64,000 nucleotides of DNA from Chitinophagaceae bacterium UBA4407 (GTDB lineage Bacteria; Bacteroidota; Bacteroidia; Chitinophagales; Chitinophagaceae): positions 48,781-112,780 of the forward strand of contig DGQT01000050.1 in NCBI GenBank assembly GCA_002390845.1. The letters are read 5' to 3'. The notes beneath the pieces were generated by a model that made no database searches, was not told the origin of the DNA, and was given only the letters and a program-made list of their open reading frames with translations. Of the stretch, positions 36,988 to 47,458 are shown one piece after another. Positions within the stretch are counted from its first letter, which is position 1, and each line of letters opens with the position of its first letter. The position numbers and the translations under genes are program-made.

Positions 36988-39792
36988 ATGCTTAAACGCA
37001 GTTGCCTGCCTGTAATTTTCTTTATTTTTTTTAGTTTTTTTTATGCTGGTGCGCAACGTTTTGGAGGCACCCCATCTTCGGTAAAATGGAAACAAATTAA
37101 TACTGACACGGTACGCATTGTATTTCCTGCAGGCCTGGATTCCCTGGCACAACGCGTTGCATTGGTTACACACGATCTTCAAAAAAATTACACCCTTACT
37201 ATTGGTAATAAAATAAGAAAAGTAAGTATTGTGTTGCAGAAAGATCTTACCCTTTCAAATGCCTATGTGGGTCTGGGGCCATACCGGAGTGAGTTTTATT
37301 TAATGCCCCCGCAAGATGCGTTTGAACTGGGCGCACAGAACTGGGCCGATAACCTGGCGATTCATGAGTTCAGGCATGTTCAGCAGTACAGCAATTTTAA
37401 TATTGGTGTATCGAAAGCTTTGCGTGTTGTGTTTGGTGAAAACGGCCAGGCACTGGCAAACGCAGCCTCGGTACCAGATTGGTTTTTTGAAGGAGATGCT
37501 GTGTACAACGAAACCATGCTTAGTGCACAGGGGCGTGGCCGGCTGCCGCAATTTTTTAATGCCTATAAAAGTTTGTATTTCGAAAACAGGCATTACAGTT
37601 ATATGCAATTGCGCAATGGTTCTTTTAAAAATTATATTCCGGGGCATTATGAATTGGGTTATTTATTGGTTGCTTACGGACGGGAGAAATACGGGGCTGA
37701 TTTCTGGAAAAATGTAACACAAAATGCAGCGGCTTTTAAACCATTATTTTATCCGTTGCAGGGTGCATTAAAAAAAGCTTCGGGTATTTCTTATAACCAG
37801 TTTGTAGATGACGCTTTTGGGTTTTATCAAAGTCAATGGAATAAAGTTGACACAACGCTGCCTGTGGAATGGTTAACGGCAATACAAAAAAACAACCTGG
37901 TAAATTATCGTTATCCCTATGTAACAGCGGGTGGTTCTGTTATTGCATTAAAAACTTCCAATAAAAATATACCAACTATTTGCATGGTGCATGCTGATGG
38001 AAAGGAAGATAAGATTGCAGTAAGGGATATTGCGTATGATGATTACTTTTCTTACAATAATGGTAAAGTTATTTATGCGGCTTATCAGCCAGATGTTCGC
38101 TGGGGCAACAGGGATTATAGTTTAATAAAAGTTATAGACGTAATTAGTGGTGAAGAGAAAAAAATATCATCACATACCAAATATTTCTCTCCTGATATTT
38201 CTCATAATGGCAAATCAATTGCTGCCGTAGAAATGGAGCAGGGCTTACATTCTGACATCGTTTTATTGAATGAAGAGGGCGTTGTTACAAAAAGATTTAC
38301 AGGCAACGGCAATACGATTTACTCCTATCCTAAATTCTCTGAAGATGACCAGTTTCTTTATGTAATTACAAGAAACGATAAAGGTGAAATGGGTATTGAA
38401 AAAAGAAACCTTATCAATGACAGCAATAGTACAGTACTTCCTGTTCAAAACCGTATTCTTGGTTTCCCTGTAGTAAAAGGCGATACGCTTTTATATAGTT
38501 GCTCCAACAATGGCCGCGATGAAATTTGGGCATTTATTAATGCCCAAAATAAAAATTATCGCCTGGCTTCGTATCAAACCGGGCTATACCAGGCATCAAT
38601 TACAAGCAACGGTACATTGATTTCAAGTGCCTTTACCAGCAATGGTTACAGGTTAGCAAAACTAAATGCCCAATGGCAGCAAATAAGCAGCAGCGATACA
38701 TTAACGAACCTCTATGTTACCAACCCTTTTAATCTAAAAGACAATGCTGTTTTATCATCACTCCGTCAGAAAGTATATACTGTAACAAAATATCCCAAAC
38801 TGTTTCATCCTTTTAATTTTCACAGTTGGAACCCCTACCTGAGTAACCCTGATTATTCATTTAACATTTACGGCGAAAACGTTTTGAATACTTTACAAAG
38901 CCAGGTTTACTACAGTTACAATGCCAATGAAAAATACAATCGTATAGGCTACACCGCTGTATATGGCGGATGGTATGTGCAACCGGTACTGGATATTAAC
39001 CAAACATATAAAAGAAATGGCCACCTGAACAGCGATACAACATTGTACTGGAATGAATTTAATGCTGCGGCCGGTGTGCGGTTGCCGTTGAATTTATCGG
39101 GTGGCAAACAGTTGCGCAACCTTTCGCTAACCACAACATACAACATTAATAATGTTCAATGGACCGGCTTTGCAAAACAGTTTCTACAGAACCTGAATTT
39201 TAATTATGTACAGGCAAAGCTTATTTATACTGGGCAAATACAAAAAGCAACGCAACAGATCTATCCAAGATGGGGCCAGGCTTTTGTTTTTCAATACAGG
39301 AATATTGTACAAAAATATACCGCGCATCAAATGCTGGCAAGTGGAACACTCTACTTGCCAGGTATTGGAAACACACACAATCTTGTTTTAAATGGTGCAT
39401 ACCAGGCCAGGGATACAGCCGGCGATTATGCGTTCACCAATAACTTTCCTTTTTCAAGGGGCTACGATGCAGTAGACCGTCCCCGGGTTTGGAAGGTGGG
39501 GGTTAATTATCATTTTCCACTGTTCTACCCGGATTGGGGATTCGCCAACCTCGTGTATTTCCGCCGCATTCGTGCAAATGCCTATTACGATTATTCCAGT
39601 ACAAAAAGTTTAAAAACTGGTATCATTTCACAGTACAGATCTTACGGGGCCGAAATCTATTTCGACACCAAATGGTGGAACCAGCAATCCCTGATCTTCG
39701 GTATTCGTTATAGCAGACTTATCGATCATCAACTTGCCGGTTTACAACCCAACCAATGGCAAATAATTTTACCCGTTACCATTTTAAATTAG
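36988..39792 (+). CDS. large secreted protein with an HEXXH motif (HEFRH) and beta-propeller-like central repeats
   Basis: A signal peptide follows the ATG at 36988. It has an AIHEFRHVQQ motif, TolB/WD40-like repeats in the centre, and an aromatic-rich C-terminal beta region. Confidence 0.55.
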   Translation: MLKRSCLPVIFFIFFSFFYAGAQRFGGTPSSVKWKQINTDTVRIVFPAGLDSLAQRVALVTHDLQKNYTLTIGNKIRKVSIVLQKDLTLSNAYVGLGPYRSEFYLMPPQDAFELGAQNWADNLAIHEFRHVQQYSNFNIGVSKALRVVFGENGQALANAASVPDWFFEGDAVYNETMLSAQGRGRLPQFFNAYKSLYFENRHYSYMQLRNGSFKNYIPGHYELGYLLVAYGREKYGADFWKNVTQNAAAFKPLFYPLQGALKKASGISYNQFVDDAFGFYQSQWNKVDTTLPVEWLTAIQKNNLVNYRYPYVTAGGSVIALKTSNKNIPTICMVHADGKEDKIAVRDIAYDDYFSYNNGKVIYAAYQPDVRWGNRDYSLIKVIDVISGEEKKISSHTKYFSPDISHNGKSIAAVEMEQGLHSDIVLLNEEGVVTKRFTGNGNTIYSYPKFSEDDQFLYVITRNDKGEMGIEKRNLINDSNSTVLPVQNRILGFPVVKGDTLLYSCSNNGRDEIWAFINAQNKNYRLASYQTGLYQASITSNGTLISSAFTSNGYRLAKLNAQWQQISSSDTLTNLYVTNPFNLKDNAVLSSLRQKVYTVTKYPKLFHPFNFHSWNPYLSNPDYSFNIYGENVLNTLQSQVYYSYNANEKYNRIGYTAVYGGWYVQPVLDINQTYKRNGHLNSDTTLYWNEFNAAAGVRLPLNLSGGKQLRNLSLTTTYNINNVQWTGFAKQFLQNLNFNYVQAKLIYTGQIQKATQQIYPRWGQAFVFQYRNIVQKYTAHQMLASGTLYLPGIGNTHNLVLNGAYQARDTAGDYAFTNNFPFSRGYDAVDRPRVWKVGVNYHFPLFYPDWGFANLVYFRRIRANAYYDYSSTKSLKTGIISQYRSYGAEIYFDTKWWNQQSLIFGIRYSRLIDHQLAGLQPNQWQIILPVTILN

Positions 39793-40021
39793 ATTTTGTA
39801 CCCGGCATTGGATATTTCATGGCATCTTCTCTTGCGTCGCACACTTGTGCTTTGGGAACAGCTATGAGCTTTTAGCTAAGAGCTTTTGTTTTTTGCTCAT
39901 AGCCCGAAGCTCATGGCTCGTTGCTTGTGGCTTGTTGCTTCCTGTTACGAACGTACCAGTGTGCGACGCAACAAAAGCTTCGCAAAGTATCTGCTGATGG
40001 GCTTAAAAAAACAGATTGCAA
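39793..40021. mobile_element. compact CPIR doublet upstream of infA
   Basis: L core lies at 39832-39842 and R core at 39961-39971. The centre is made of short reiterated words (GCTATGAGCTTTTAGCTAAGAGCTTTT / GCTCATAGCCCGAAGCTCATGGCTCG). Confidence 0.85.
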
Positions 40022-40181
40022 CTTTAAACGGGTAACAATTAGAGTGAAATTTCGAATAATTTCCATTTTCTTTGCCTTTCAGGCCTTTATTTAATGTTAG
40101 TTTACCCCATTTGTGGAAAATTTTCCTTTATTTTTTTCTTATTCCATTGCATTCTACTATCTTCGCGCTCCGAAAAAATTT

Positions 40182-40400
40182 ATGTCAAAACAACCGTTGA
40201 TTAAACAGGATGGAGTTATTTTAGAAGCTTTAAGCAATGCCATGTTCAAGGTAAAATTGCAGAACGGCCACGAAATATTAGCTACCATCTCGGGAAAAAT
40301 GCGGATGAATTATATAAGAATTTTACCGGGAGATAAAGTAGGTGTAGAGATGAGCCCGTATGATTTAACAAGAGGCAGAATTATATTCAGGTATAAATAA
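40182..40400 (+). CDS. infA: translation initiation factor IF-1
   Basis: [62 protein letters not shown]; 72 aa. The upstream extension in the ORF track is rejected. Confidence 0.95.
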   Translation: MSKQPLIKQDGVILEALSNAMFKVKLQNGHEILATISGKMRMNYIRILPGDKVGVEMSPYDLTRGRIIFRYK

Positions 40401-40451
40401 ATAGTTTGCAGCTTTGGCTGCTACTTTATAAAACAGGAAAACTTTACTAAA

Positions 40452-40568
40452 ATGAAGGTTAGAGCATCCGTAAAAAAGCGCAGCGCAGATTGCAAAATTG
40501 TACGCCGTAAAGGCAAATTGTACATCATCAACAAAAAGAACCCGCGCTTTAAGCAGCGCCAGGGATAA
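40452..40568 (+). CDS. rpmJ: 50S ribosomal protein L36
   Basis: My translation is [38 protein letters not shown] (38 aa). It is below the ORF-track length cut-off. Confidence 0.93.
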   Translation: MKVRASVKKRSADCKIVRRKGKLYIINKKNPRFKQRQG

Positions 40569-40620
40569 TAATTGCACGGTTCTGTCTGAAACTTGAAATC
40601 TAAAATTTTAAAATTGTAAT

Positions 40621-41001
40621 ATGGCTCGTATTGCCGGTATAGATTTACCCAAAAACAAAAGAGGCGAAATTGGTCTTACCTATATATTTGGTATTGGCCA
40701 GTCTACTGCACGTTATATTCTTGACAAGGCTGGTATCAGCTACGATAAGAAAGTGAATGAATGGAACGATGAAGAGCAAGGTGCTATACGTAACATCATT
40801 ACAAATGAATTTAAAGTTGAAGGTCAGCTACGCAGTGAAGTTCAAACAAGTATCAAGCGCTTGCTTGATATTGCCTGCTACCGCGGACTTCGTCATCGTA
40901 AAGGTTTGCCGGTTCGTGGCCAGCGTACACGTACCAATAGCCGTACAAGAAAGGGTAAGCGCAAAACAGTTGCCGGTAAAAAGAAGGCACCTAAGAAATA
41001 A
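40621..41001 (+). CDS. rpsM: 30S ribosomal protein S13
   Basis: [34 protein letters not shown]. Confidence 0.96.
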   Translation: MARIAGIDLPKNKRGEIGLTYIFGIGQSTARYILDKAGISYDKKVNEWNDEEQGAIRNIITNEFKVEGQLRSEVQTSIKRLLDIACYRGLRHRKGLPVRGQRTRTNSRTRKGKRKTVAGKKKAPKK

Positions 41002-41151
41002 AACAAAAACATTGAGGATTTTACAAAATGCTCAATGTCTGTTTATAAAACCCGGTACAGTTTGGATCGCCAGGCAATAAGCATGGCAGGAGAATATACC
41101 GGTTCCCACAATTCGGGATTTTTTCATATAAAAGATTACCTCAAAAAAATC

Positions 41152-41571
41152 ATGGCAAAAGCACAAAACACAGGAAAAGGCCAGAACAGCGCAAAGACTA
41201 CGGCCAAAAAAAGGGTTGTAAAAGTTGACGTTTACGGCGATGCGCACATCAACGCTACTTTCAACAATCTTATCGTTTCCCTTACAAACAAGCAGGGACA
41301 AGTTATCAGTTGGTCATCTGCCGGTAAAATGGGATTCAGAGGTTCAAAGAAAAATACACCTTACGCAGCTCAAATGGCGGCCGCAGATGCAGCTAAAGTT
41401 GCAATAGAAGCAGGTTTGAAAAAAGTAGATGTTTACGTAAAAGGCCCCGGTGCCGGACGCGAAGGTGCTATTCGTTCACTTGCACAAAACGGTATTGAAA
41501 TTACAATGATAAAAGACGTTACCCCTTTGCCACACAATGGCTGCCGTCCTCCAAAGAAAAGAAGGGTGTAG
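41152..41571 (+). CDS. rpsK: 30S ribosomal protein S11
   Basis: Starts at MAKAQNTGK. It has NNLIVSLT and [11 protein letters not shown] motifs and ends ..[13 protein letters not shown]. Confidence 0.95.
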   Translation: MAKAQNTGKGQNSAKTTAKKRVVKVDVYGDAHINATFNNLIVSLTNKQGQVISWSSAGKMGFRGSKKNTPYAAQMAAADAAKVAIEAGLKKVDVYVKGPGAGREGAIRSLAQNGIEITMIKDVTPLPHNGCRPPKKRRV

Positions 41572-41707
41572 AAAATTTAAGAAGTACGATTTTAGATTTA
41601 CGATTTATTGTAGTTCTTAAATCGTAAATATTTATAACCGGGTGCATCATTCATTTTAGATTTTTAATAATGCTGCATCGTCACTAAAAAATCAAAAAAA
41701 TAAATTA

Positions 41708-42313
41708 ATGGCACGTTACACAGGTCCTAAAACCAAGATCTGCCGAAAGTTTGGCGAACCGATCCTTGGCAATGGTAAATATCTTACCAAAACATCCGTT
41801 CCTCCCGGTCAGCATGGCGCAACACGCAAGCGCAAACAACCAGGTGAATATGCATTACAGTTAAAAGAAAAGCAAAAAGCAAAATATACTTACGGATTGC
41901 TGGAGCGCCAGTTCCGCAATACTTTTGAGGAAGCTTCACGTATTAAAGGTGTTACCGGTGAAAATCTTATTAAGCTTTTAGAAGCAAGGTTAGACAACAC
42001 TGTTTACCGTTTAGGCATTGCTCCATCACGCCCTGCTGCACGCCAGTTGGTTAGCCATAAACATGTAACCGTAAACGGTGAAGTGGTTAATATTCCTTCT
42101 TTTCAGCTTAAAGCCGGTGATATTATCAGTTTAAAAGGGAAGAGTATTGCGAACAGTTCTGTTACCAGCTTTATTCGTGGGAAAAATCCAAAGTTTGGCT
42201 GGCTTGACTGGAACGACAATGAAAAGAAAGGTACATTCATCACTTACCCTGAAAGGGAAAGTGTTCCTGAAAACATCAAGGAGCAACTGATTGTGGAATT
42301 GTACTCTAAATAG
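41708..42313 (+). CDS. rpsD: 30S ribosomal protein S4
   Basis: [17 protein letters not shown]..; S4 domain [10 protein letters not shown]. Confidence 0.96.
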   Translation: MARYTGPKTKICRKFGEPILGNGKYLTKTSVPPGQHGATRKRKQPGEYALQLKEKQKAKYTYGLLERQFRNTFEEASRIKGVTGENLIKLLEARLDNTVYRLGIAPSRPAARQLVSHKHVTVNGEVVNIPSFQLKAGDIISLKGKSIANSSVTSFIRGKNPKFGWLDWNDNEKKGTFITYPERESVPENIKEQLIVELYSK

Positions 42314-42371
42314 TGAGCCTGACCCCGGAAGGGAGTTGCGGAATTGCAGTAGCTGATTAATGAACTCAATG

Positions 42372-42433
42372 ATGAAAGGATTGCAACGCAACAGGCGATG
42401 CTACAAAGTACAAAAGCTGGTATCTCAATAAAT
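42372..42433 (+). repeat. degenerate CPIR copy (R orientation) between rpsD and rpoA
   Basis: ATTGCAACGCAACAGGCGATGCTACAAAG..GCTGG..CAATAAAT aligns with the copy at 31650-31704. Confidence 0.5.
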
Positions 42434-42450
42434 AGTAAAAAATTCTTAAG

Positions 42451-42467
42451 CCCGCCGCGGCGGGTTT
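42451..42467 (+). terminator. GC hairpin plus T-run between rpsD and rpoA (possible attenuator)
   Basis: CCCGCCGCGGCGGG palindrome followed by TTT. Confidence 0.45.
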
Positions 42468-42497
42468 AGGGCAAACAATAAAAAACCAAGTTTTAAT

Positions 42498-43499
42498 ATG
42501 GCCATATTAAACTTTCAGAAGCCTGACAAGATAGTTTTACAGAAAGCAACTGACTTTGAAGGTCAGTTTGAATTTCGCCCATTAGAGCCGGGTTATGGCT
42601 TAACAATAGGTAATGCCCTACGCAGGGTATTACTAAACAGTTTGGAAGGTTATGCTATTACAGGCATAAAAATAGAAGGTGTAGATCATGAATTTGCTGT
42701 AATTAAAGGTGTAACTGAAGATGTAACTGAAATGATCCTTAACCTGAAACAAGTACGTTTCAGGAAGAAAGTAGAGCATGATGTGCCGAGTGAAAAAGTA
42801 ATGCAGAGCATTAAAGGAAAGACTGAATTTACTGCTGCAATGATTGGTGATGCTACTCAAAGTTTTGAGGTGATGAACCCTGAACTGGTTATTTGCACTA
42901 TGGATATTTCTTCAAGGCTTGATATTGAGATTACCATTGCAAGAGGCCGTGGTTATGTACCTTCAGAAGAGAACAGGCAGAAAGATATGCCATTCGGTTA
43001 CATTCCTGTTGATTCAATTCATACGCCTATCAAGAATGTAAAATATTCAATTGAGAACTATCGTGTAGAACAAAGAACTGATTACGAAAAATTAGTGCTT
43101 GATGTTCATACCGATGGAACGATTCATCCGGAAGATGCTGTAAAGCAGGCTTCACGCATATTGATACAGCACCTGATGATCATCACCGACGAGAACATCA
43201 CTTTCGACAATAAAGAAGATAAGAAAGAAGATGTTGTTGATGAGCAGGTATTGCAGTTACGCAAAATATTAAAGACACCATTGGAAGATTTAGACCTTTC
43301 AGTTCGTGCTTTCAATTGCTTAAAGGCAGCAAAGATAAATTCACTTAGTGAGCTGGTACAATACGAGCAGGAAGACCTGATGAAATTCAGAAACTTTGGA
43401 CAAAAGAGTTTGAGCGAAATAGAACAGGTATTGGGCGAAAGAGGTTTACATTTTGGTATGGACCTTAATAAGCTTGGCCTGGATGATCTTGATAGATAA
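42498..43499 (+). CDS. rpoA: DNA-directed RNA polymerase subunit alpha
   Basis: 333 aa. N-terminal GYG.TIGNALRR motif and a C-terminal alpha-CTD (LSVRAFNCLK..). Confidence 0.96.
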   Translation: MAILNFQKPDKIVLQKATDFEGQFEFRPLEPGYGLTIGNALRRVLLNSLEGYAITGIKIEGVDHEFAVIKGVTEDVTEMILNLKQVRFRKKVEHDVPSEKVMQSIKGKTEFTAAMIGDATQSFEVMNPELVICTMDISSRLDIEITIARGRGYVPSEENRQKDMPFGYIPVDSIHTPIKNVKYSIENYRVEQRTDYEKLVLDVHTDGTIHPEDAVKQASRILIQHLMIITDENITFDNKEDKKEDVVDEQVLQLRKILKTPLEDLDLSVRAFNCLKAAKINSLSELVQYEQEDLMKFRNFGQKSLSEIEQVLGERGLHFGMDLNKLGLDDLDR

Positions 43500-43588
43500 T
43501 CATTAATCAATAACCGCTCTTTGCAATAATGCATTGAAGCAAAGTCTTATAATTCCTGACACGGTATAAGGCTATAAAATAAAATGTC

Positions 43589-44152
43589 ATGCGTCACGGA
43601 AACAAAAACAACAACCTCGGCCGTAAAAAAGCCCACAGAGAAGCGCTGTTTTCCAATCTTGGAAGCCAGTTGATCGTACACAAACGTATTGTAACTACGC
43701 TTGCAAAAGCAAAAGCACTTCGTGTTTATATTGAGCCATTGCTTACAAAAACGAAGCATGGCGAAAGCAAAGAGCAGATCATGCACCAGCACAGGGTAGT
43801 ATTCAGCTACCTTAATGATAAAGCCGCTGTAAAAGAACTTTTTACAGTAGTTGCCCCAAAAATTGCAGGTCGCCCAGGTGGTTATACACGGATCATTAAG
43901 TTAGGCATCCGTCATGGAGATAATGCCGAAATAGCAATGATTGAACTGGTTGACTTTAATGATGTGTACGGTAAAGGCGTGGAAAAAGCAGAAGCTACAA
44001 AGAAAACACGTCGTGGTCGTAGTGCAGCAGGAGCTAAAAAAATTGAAACTGCCGCAGTTGCAGCAGCAGCTCCGGTTACAGAAGCTTCGCCAGCTATTGA
44101 AGATGCGATCGTGGTTGAAGAAACAAAGACAGAAGAAAAAGCCGCTGAATAA
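43589..44152 (+). CDS. rplQ: 50S ribosomal protein L17 with Ala/Glu/Lys-rich C-terminal extension
   Basis: [25 protein letters not shown], plus a low-complexity tail of about 60 aa. Confidence 0.93.
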   Translation: MRHGNKNNNLGRKKAHREALFSNLGSQLIVHKRIVTTLAKAKALRVYIEPLLTKTKHGESKEQIMHQHRVVFSYLNDKAAVKELFTVVAPKIAGRPGGYTRIIKLGIRHGDNAEIAMIELVDFNDVYGKGVEKAEATKKTRRGRSAAGAKKIETAAVAAAAPVTEASPAIEDAIVVEETKTEEKAAE

Positions 44153-44176
44153 GAATGAAGCTGTTTTAAAAATACA

Positions 44177-44211
44177 AAAGGCAAAATCGTTTTTCGGTTT
44201 TGCCTTTTTTC
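44177..44211 (+). terminator. rho-independent terminator after rplQ
   Basis: AAAGGCAAAATCG / CGGTTTTGCCTTT stem followed by TTTT. Confidence 0.8.
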
Positions 44212-44220
44212 TTGTATAAA

Positions 44221-44300
44221 TTTTTTGTACCCAACTTAGGTTTTTATGGCATCGTCTGTTGCGTCGCGCTCTTGTACGTTCTTATCAGTATTGAGCAAAT
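44221..44300 (-). repeat. CPIR short form, L orientation (core variant TTGCGTCGCGC)
   Basis: TTTTTTGTACCCAAC..TTATGGCATCGTCTG; core lies at 44259-44269; inner arm CTTGTACGTTCTTATCAGTATTGAGCAA. Confidence 0.75.
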
Positions 44301-44429
44301 AATGCAGCAACCAGATTGAATTAAAGCCTTTAAAAACTTAATAACTTTTCAGAAAATCAGTGTGCGAAAATTTATGCTGAAAATTAAAAATGATATTCTT
44401 TTTTTGCACTCGAAAACTATTAAATAAAA

Positions 44430-45530
44430 ATGCCCCATACACAACAACAAGCCATATTACTGTTAGCCGATGGCAATATATTTTATGGTTATGCTTTCGG
44501 GAAAACAGGAACCGCCACTGGAGAAATATGTTTTAATACCGGTATGACTGGTTACCAGGAAGTTTTTACTGATCCAAGTTACTATGGACAAATGCTGGTA
44601 ATGAATAACGTGCATATTGGCAACTACGGTGTAAAAAATACTGATGTTGAAAGTAAAACCGTAAAGATCCGTGGATTGATTGGCAGAAACCTGGAAGAAA
44701 AATTCTCCCGTTACCAGGCAACAGATAGCCTTGATTCCTATTTAAAAGTCAACAATATCGTAGCCATCGAAGGTATTGACACCAGGGCATTGGTTGCGCA
44801 CATACGTACAGCGGGTGCTATGAACTGCATCATTTCTTCAGAGATTTCAGATATTGAAGTTTTAAAAGCTGAGTTAGCAAAAGTGCCTGACATGGATGGG
44901 CTGGAGCTTGCAAGCCTTGTAAGTACCAACGAAGAATACGAATTAGGGGATCCTGATTCAACAATGAAAGTGGCAGTGCTTGACTTTGGAGTAAAACAAA
45001 ATATTCTTAACTGTCTGGTACAACGTGGTGCGCATGTTAGAGTTCATCCTGCAAAGACTCCTTTGAACAGACTGAAAGAATTTAATCCCGATGGATATTT
45101 TATTTCAAATGGCCCCGGCGATCCTGCAGCTATGCCTTACGCCGTTGAAACTTTAAAAGCAATCCTGCAAGAAAATAAACCTTTGTTTGGTATTTGCCTT
45201 GGTCACCAGTTGCTGGCTTTGGCGAATGATATTCCAACATTTAAAATGCACCATGGACACAGGGGCTTAAACCACCCGGTAAAAAATATTATAACAGGGC
45301 GCTGCGAAATAACCACGCAAAATCATGGGTTTGGTGTTGAGCCTTCTGCGGTAAGAGATAACGAAAATGTAGAGATAACACATTTAAACCTGAATGATGA
45401 AAGTATTGAAGGCATCCGTATAAAAAATAAACCCGCTTTTAGTGTGCAATATCACCCCGAAGCTACACCAGGTCCACACGACAGCCGTTACTTGTTCGAT
45501 GATTTTGTGGCAATGATGAAAGCGAATTAA
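44430..45530 (+). CDS. carA: carbamoyl-phosphate synthase small (glutaminase) subunit
   Basis: 366 aa. N-terminal CPSase small-chain domain and the class-I GATase motifs GICLGHQ and HGHRG.NHP. Confidence 0.95.
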   Translation: MPHTQQQAILLLADGNIFYGYAFGKTGTATGEICFNTGMTGYQEVFTDPSYYGQMLVMNNVHIGNYGVKNTDVESKTVKIRGLIGRNLEEKFSRYQATDSLDSYLKVNNIVAIEGIDTRALVAHIRTAGAMNCIISSEISDIEVLKAELAKVPDMDGLELASLVSTNEEYELGDPDSTMKVAVLDFGVKQNILNCLVQRGAHVRVHPAKTPLNRLKEFNPDGYFISNGPGDPAAMPYAVETLKAILQENKPLFGICLGHQLLALANDIPTFKMHHGHRGLNHPVKNIITGRCEITTQNHGFGVEPSAVRDNENVEITHLNLNDESIEGIRIKNKPAFSVQYHPEATPGPHDSRYLFDDFVAMMKAN

Positions 45531-45550
45531 ACTCAAATAAAAGAAATACA

Positions 45551-45720
45551 TTTTGAGCCGGGCTGAGGAAGAAGTATTAAGCTTTTGTTGCGTCGCACAC
45601 TTTTTCAGTTGATTCTCTGGTCAACAGTTGACTGTTTACTGTCGACCGATGTTCTAAACGTACAAGTGAGTGACACAACGGAAGATGAAAAAAGATATAT
45701 CGCAAGGTTCAAAAAAAAAT
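45551..45720. mobile_element. compact CPIR doublet between carA and yigZ
   Basis: L core lies at 45588-45598. The R core is the variant GTGAGTGACACAAC at 45666-45679. The centre is only about 65 nt. Confidence 0.85.
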
Positions 45721-45737
45721 TATTGAACCTTGCTTTT

Positions 45738-46349
45738 TTATTGGCGAATATTGCTGATCTCAACACCACGCATATCAGCGAAAAGGTTTTTTAAATCGTT
45801 CATACGGCTACGGGGAACATCGATAATTAATTTGCAGAATAATTGCATGTCCTGTTCTATAACATTACAGCCGAAAGCCTTTACCCAACGCATAACATCG
45901 TTCATTTGAGTGTAATCGAAAGTTACCTGCCAGCGAACAGTTATTGGCTTTTGTATAGAAGGTGTAAGCTGCAAAGCCATAGCAGCCGCGGTTTTGTACG
46001 CATTGATTAAGCCGGGCACTCCGAGCAGGGTACCACCAAAATAGCGAACCACAATTACCAGAACATTGGTTAACCCTTTACTGTCTATTTGCCCGAGGAT
46101 GGGTTTGCCTGCAGTTCCTGAAGGTTCGCCATCATCACTTACACGAAAATTATTACCATTGGTTCCAAGCCTGTACCCAAAGCAATGGTGCACGGCTTTA
46201 GTGTGTTCTTTCTTTAGTTGCTGCAGGTGATTTTTAAAATCATCTGCTGTTTGAATTGAAAATGTGTATGCGATAAAACGGCTGCCCCTGTCTTTAAATT
46301 CTGCTGATGATGGTTGTTCGATTGTCTGATAAAATTCTGGTACGCTCAT
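45738..46349 (-). CDS. yigZ: YigZ (IMPACT/UPF0029) family protein
   Basis: KDRGSRFIAY, HHCFGYRLG and DDGEPSGTAGKPIL motifs. Confidence 0.85.
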   Translation of the reverse strand: MSVPEFYQTIEQPSSAEFKDRGSRFIAYTFSIQTADDFKNHLQQLKKEHTKAVHHCFGYRLGTNGNNFRVSDDGEPSGTAGKPILGQIDSKGLTNVLVIVVRYFGGTLLGVPGLINAYKTAAAMALQLTPSIQKPITVRWQVTFDYTQMNDVMRWVKAFGCNVIEQDMQLFCKLIIDVPRSRMNDLKNLFADMRGVEISNIRQ

Positions 46350-46370
46350 GTGTTGCGAAAATAATACCTG

Positions 46371-47417
46371 CTATGAAATGAAGGGAAAGAAATAATCAAT
46401 ACGATCAGTAAAAACATTTTCACTGTGCGATAGTGTATAAGCTGCAGGTTGCGGTGCATTTAATCCGTTTTCTATATAAAGTTCAGTATTGGTAATAACT
46501 CTTGCTTCATCCCAAAGGCCTGCATCAATAAAGGTTTGCAAAAGCTTTGCACCACCTTCTACAATAATGCTTTGAATGTTTTTTTGAAAGCAGATGTCCA
46601 ATATTTGTGCTGCAATATTTTCATCTTTTGTAACCTGACAGTATTGTAAGTTATTCTCCTCTTTATTCCGAAGGAGATTTAATAAAATCGTGGGTTGCTG
46701 CCGGTTAAATATTTTGGATGATTGCGGCAAACGTAAATTTATATCTAAAACCAGGCGCACCGGGCTTTTGCCACTCCATAAACGATTGGTAAGTTCAGGA
46801 TCATCAAGTAAGGCAGTATTGGTACCAACCAGTATTCCCATTTCTTCGCTGCGCCATTTATGAACCAGCCGGTTGGTAAATTCGTTGGTAATATATAATC
46901 GCTCATTTGTAGTTGATGCAATTTTGCTATTGGCCGTTTGTGCCCATTTTAAAATGATATACGGTCTTTGCTTCGTGTGAAAAGTAAGGAACCGTTTATT
47001 TAGTTCCAAGCATGCTTGTTCCAGTATTCCGGTTGTAACTTCTACACCGGCCCGTTGAAGTTTTTCAATGCCTTTTCCATCAACCTGAACAAATGGATCG
47101 CGGCAGCCCACAATAACTTTTTTAATCTCTTTTTCAATGATCAAATCTGCACAAGGCGGCGTTTTACCATGGTGTGCGCAGGGTTCAAGAGAAACATACA
47201 ATGTAGATAAAGGAATTAAAGGAATATCATTCTGTTCAACAGCATTGATACAATTTACTTCTGCATGCGCCTGGCCATACTGCTTATGATAACCTTCACC
47301 AATAATGCGGTTATTATAAACGAGCACTGCCCCTACCATTGGATTGGGTGCAACATTTCCCATACCCAACGAAGCCAATTGCAGGCAACGGTGCATATAT
47401 ATTTCGTCAATAGTCAT
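46371..47417 (-). CDS. ribD: bifunctional riboflavin biosynthesis protein RibD (deaminase/reductase)
   Basis: HAEVNCI..PCAHHGKTPPC zinc deaminase motif and a C-terminal RibD reductase domain. Confidence 0.93.
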   Translation of the reverse strand: MTIDEIYMHRCLQLASLGMGNVAPNPMVGAVLVYNNRIIGEGYHKQYGQAHAEVNCINAVEQNDIPLIPLSTLYVSLEPCAHHGKTPPCADLIIEKEIKKVIVGCRDPFVQVDGKGIEKLQRAGVEVTTGILEQACLELNKRFLTFHTKQRPYIILKWAQTANSKIASTTNERLYITNEFTNRLVHKWRSEEMGILVGTNTALLDDPELTNRLWSGKSPVRLVLDINLRLPQSSKIFNRQQPTILLNLLRNKEENNLQYCQVTKDENIAAQILDICFQKNIQSIIVEGGAKLLQTFIDAGLWDEARVITNTELYIENGLNAPQPAAYTLSHSENVFTDRIDYFFPFIS

Positions 47418-47458
47418 TGCTGCGCAAATCTAACAGAAATCATCCTTATCATTGCAGT

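Noticed and set aside
40365-40577. The 70-aa minus-strand ORF and the N-terminal extensions of the infA (40113) and rpsK (41035) models
   Set aside because: The plus strand here encodes the unmistakable L36 sequence. IF-1 and S11 begin at internal ATGs (40182 and 41152) that give canonical lengths and N-termini.
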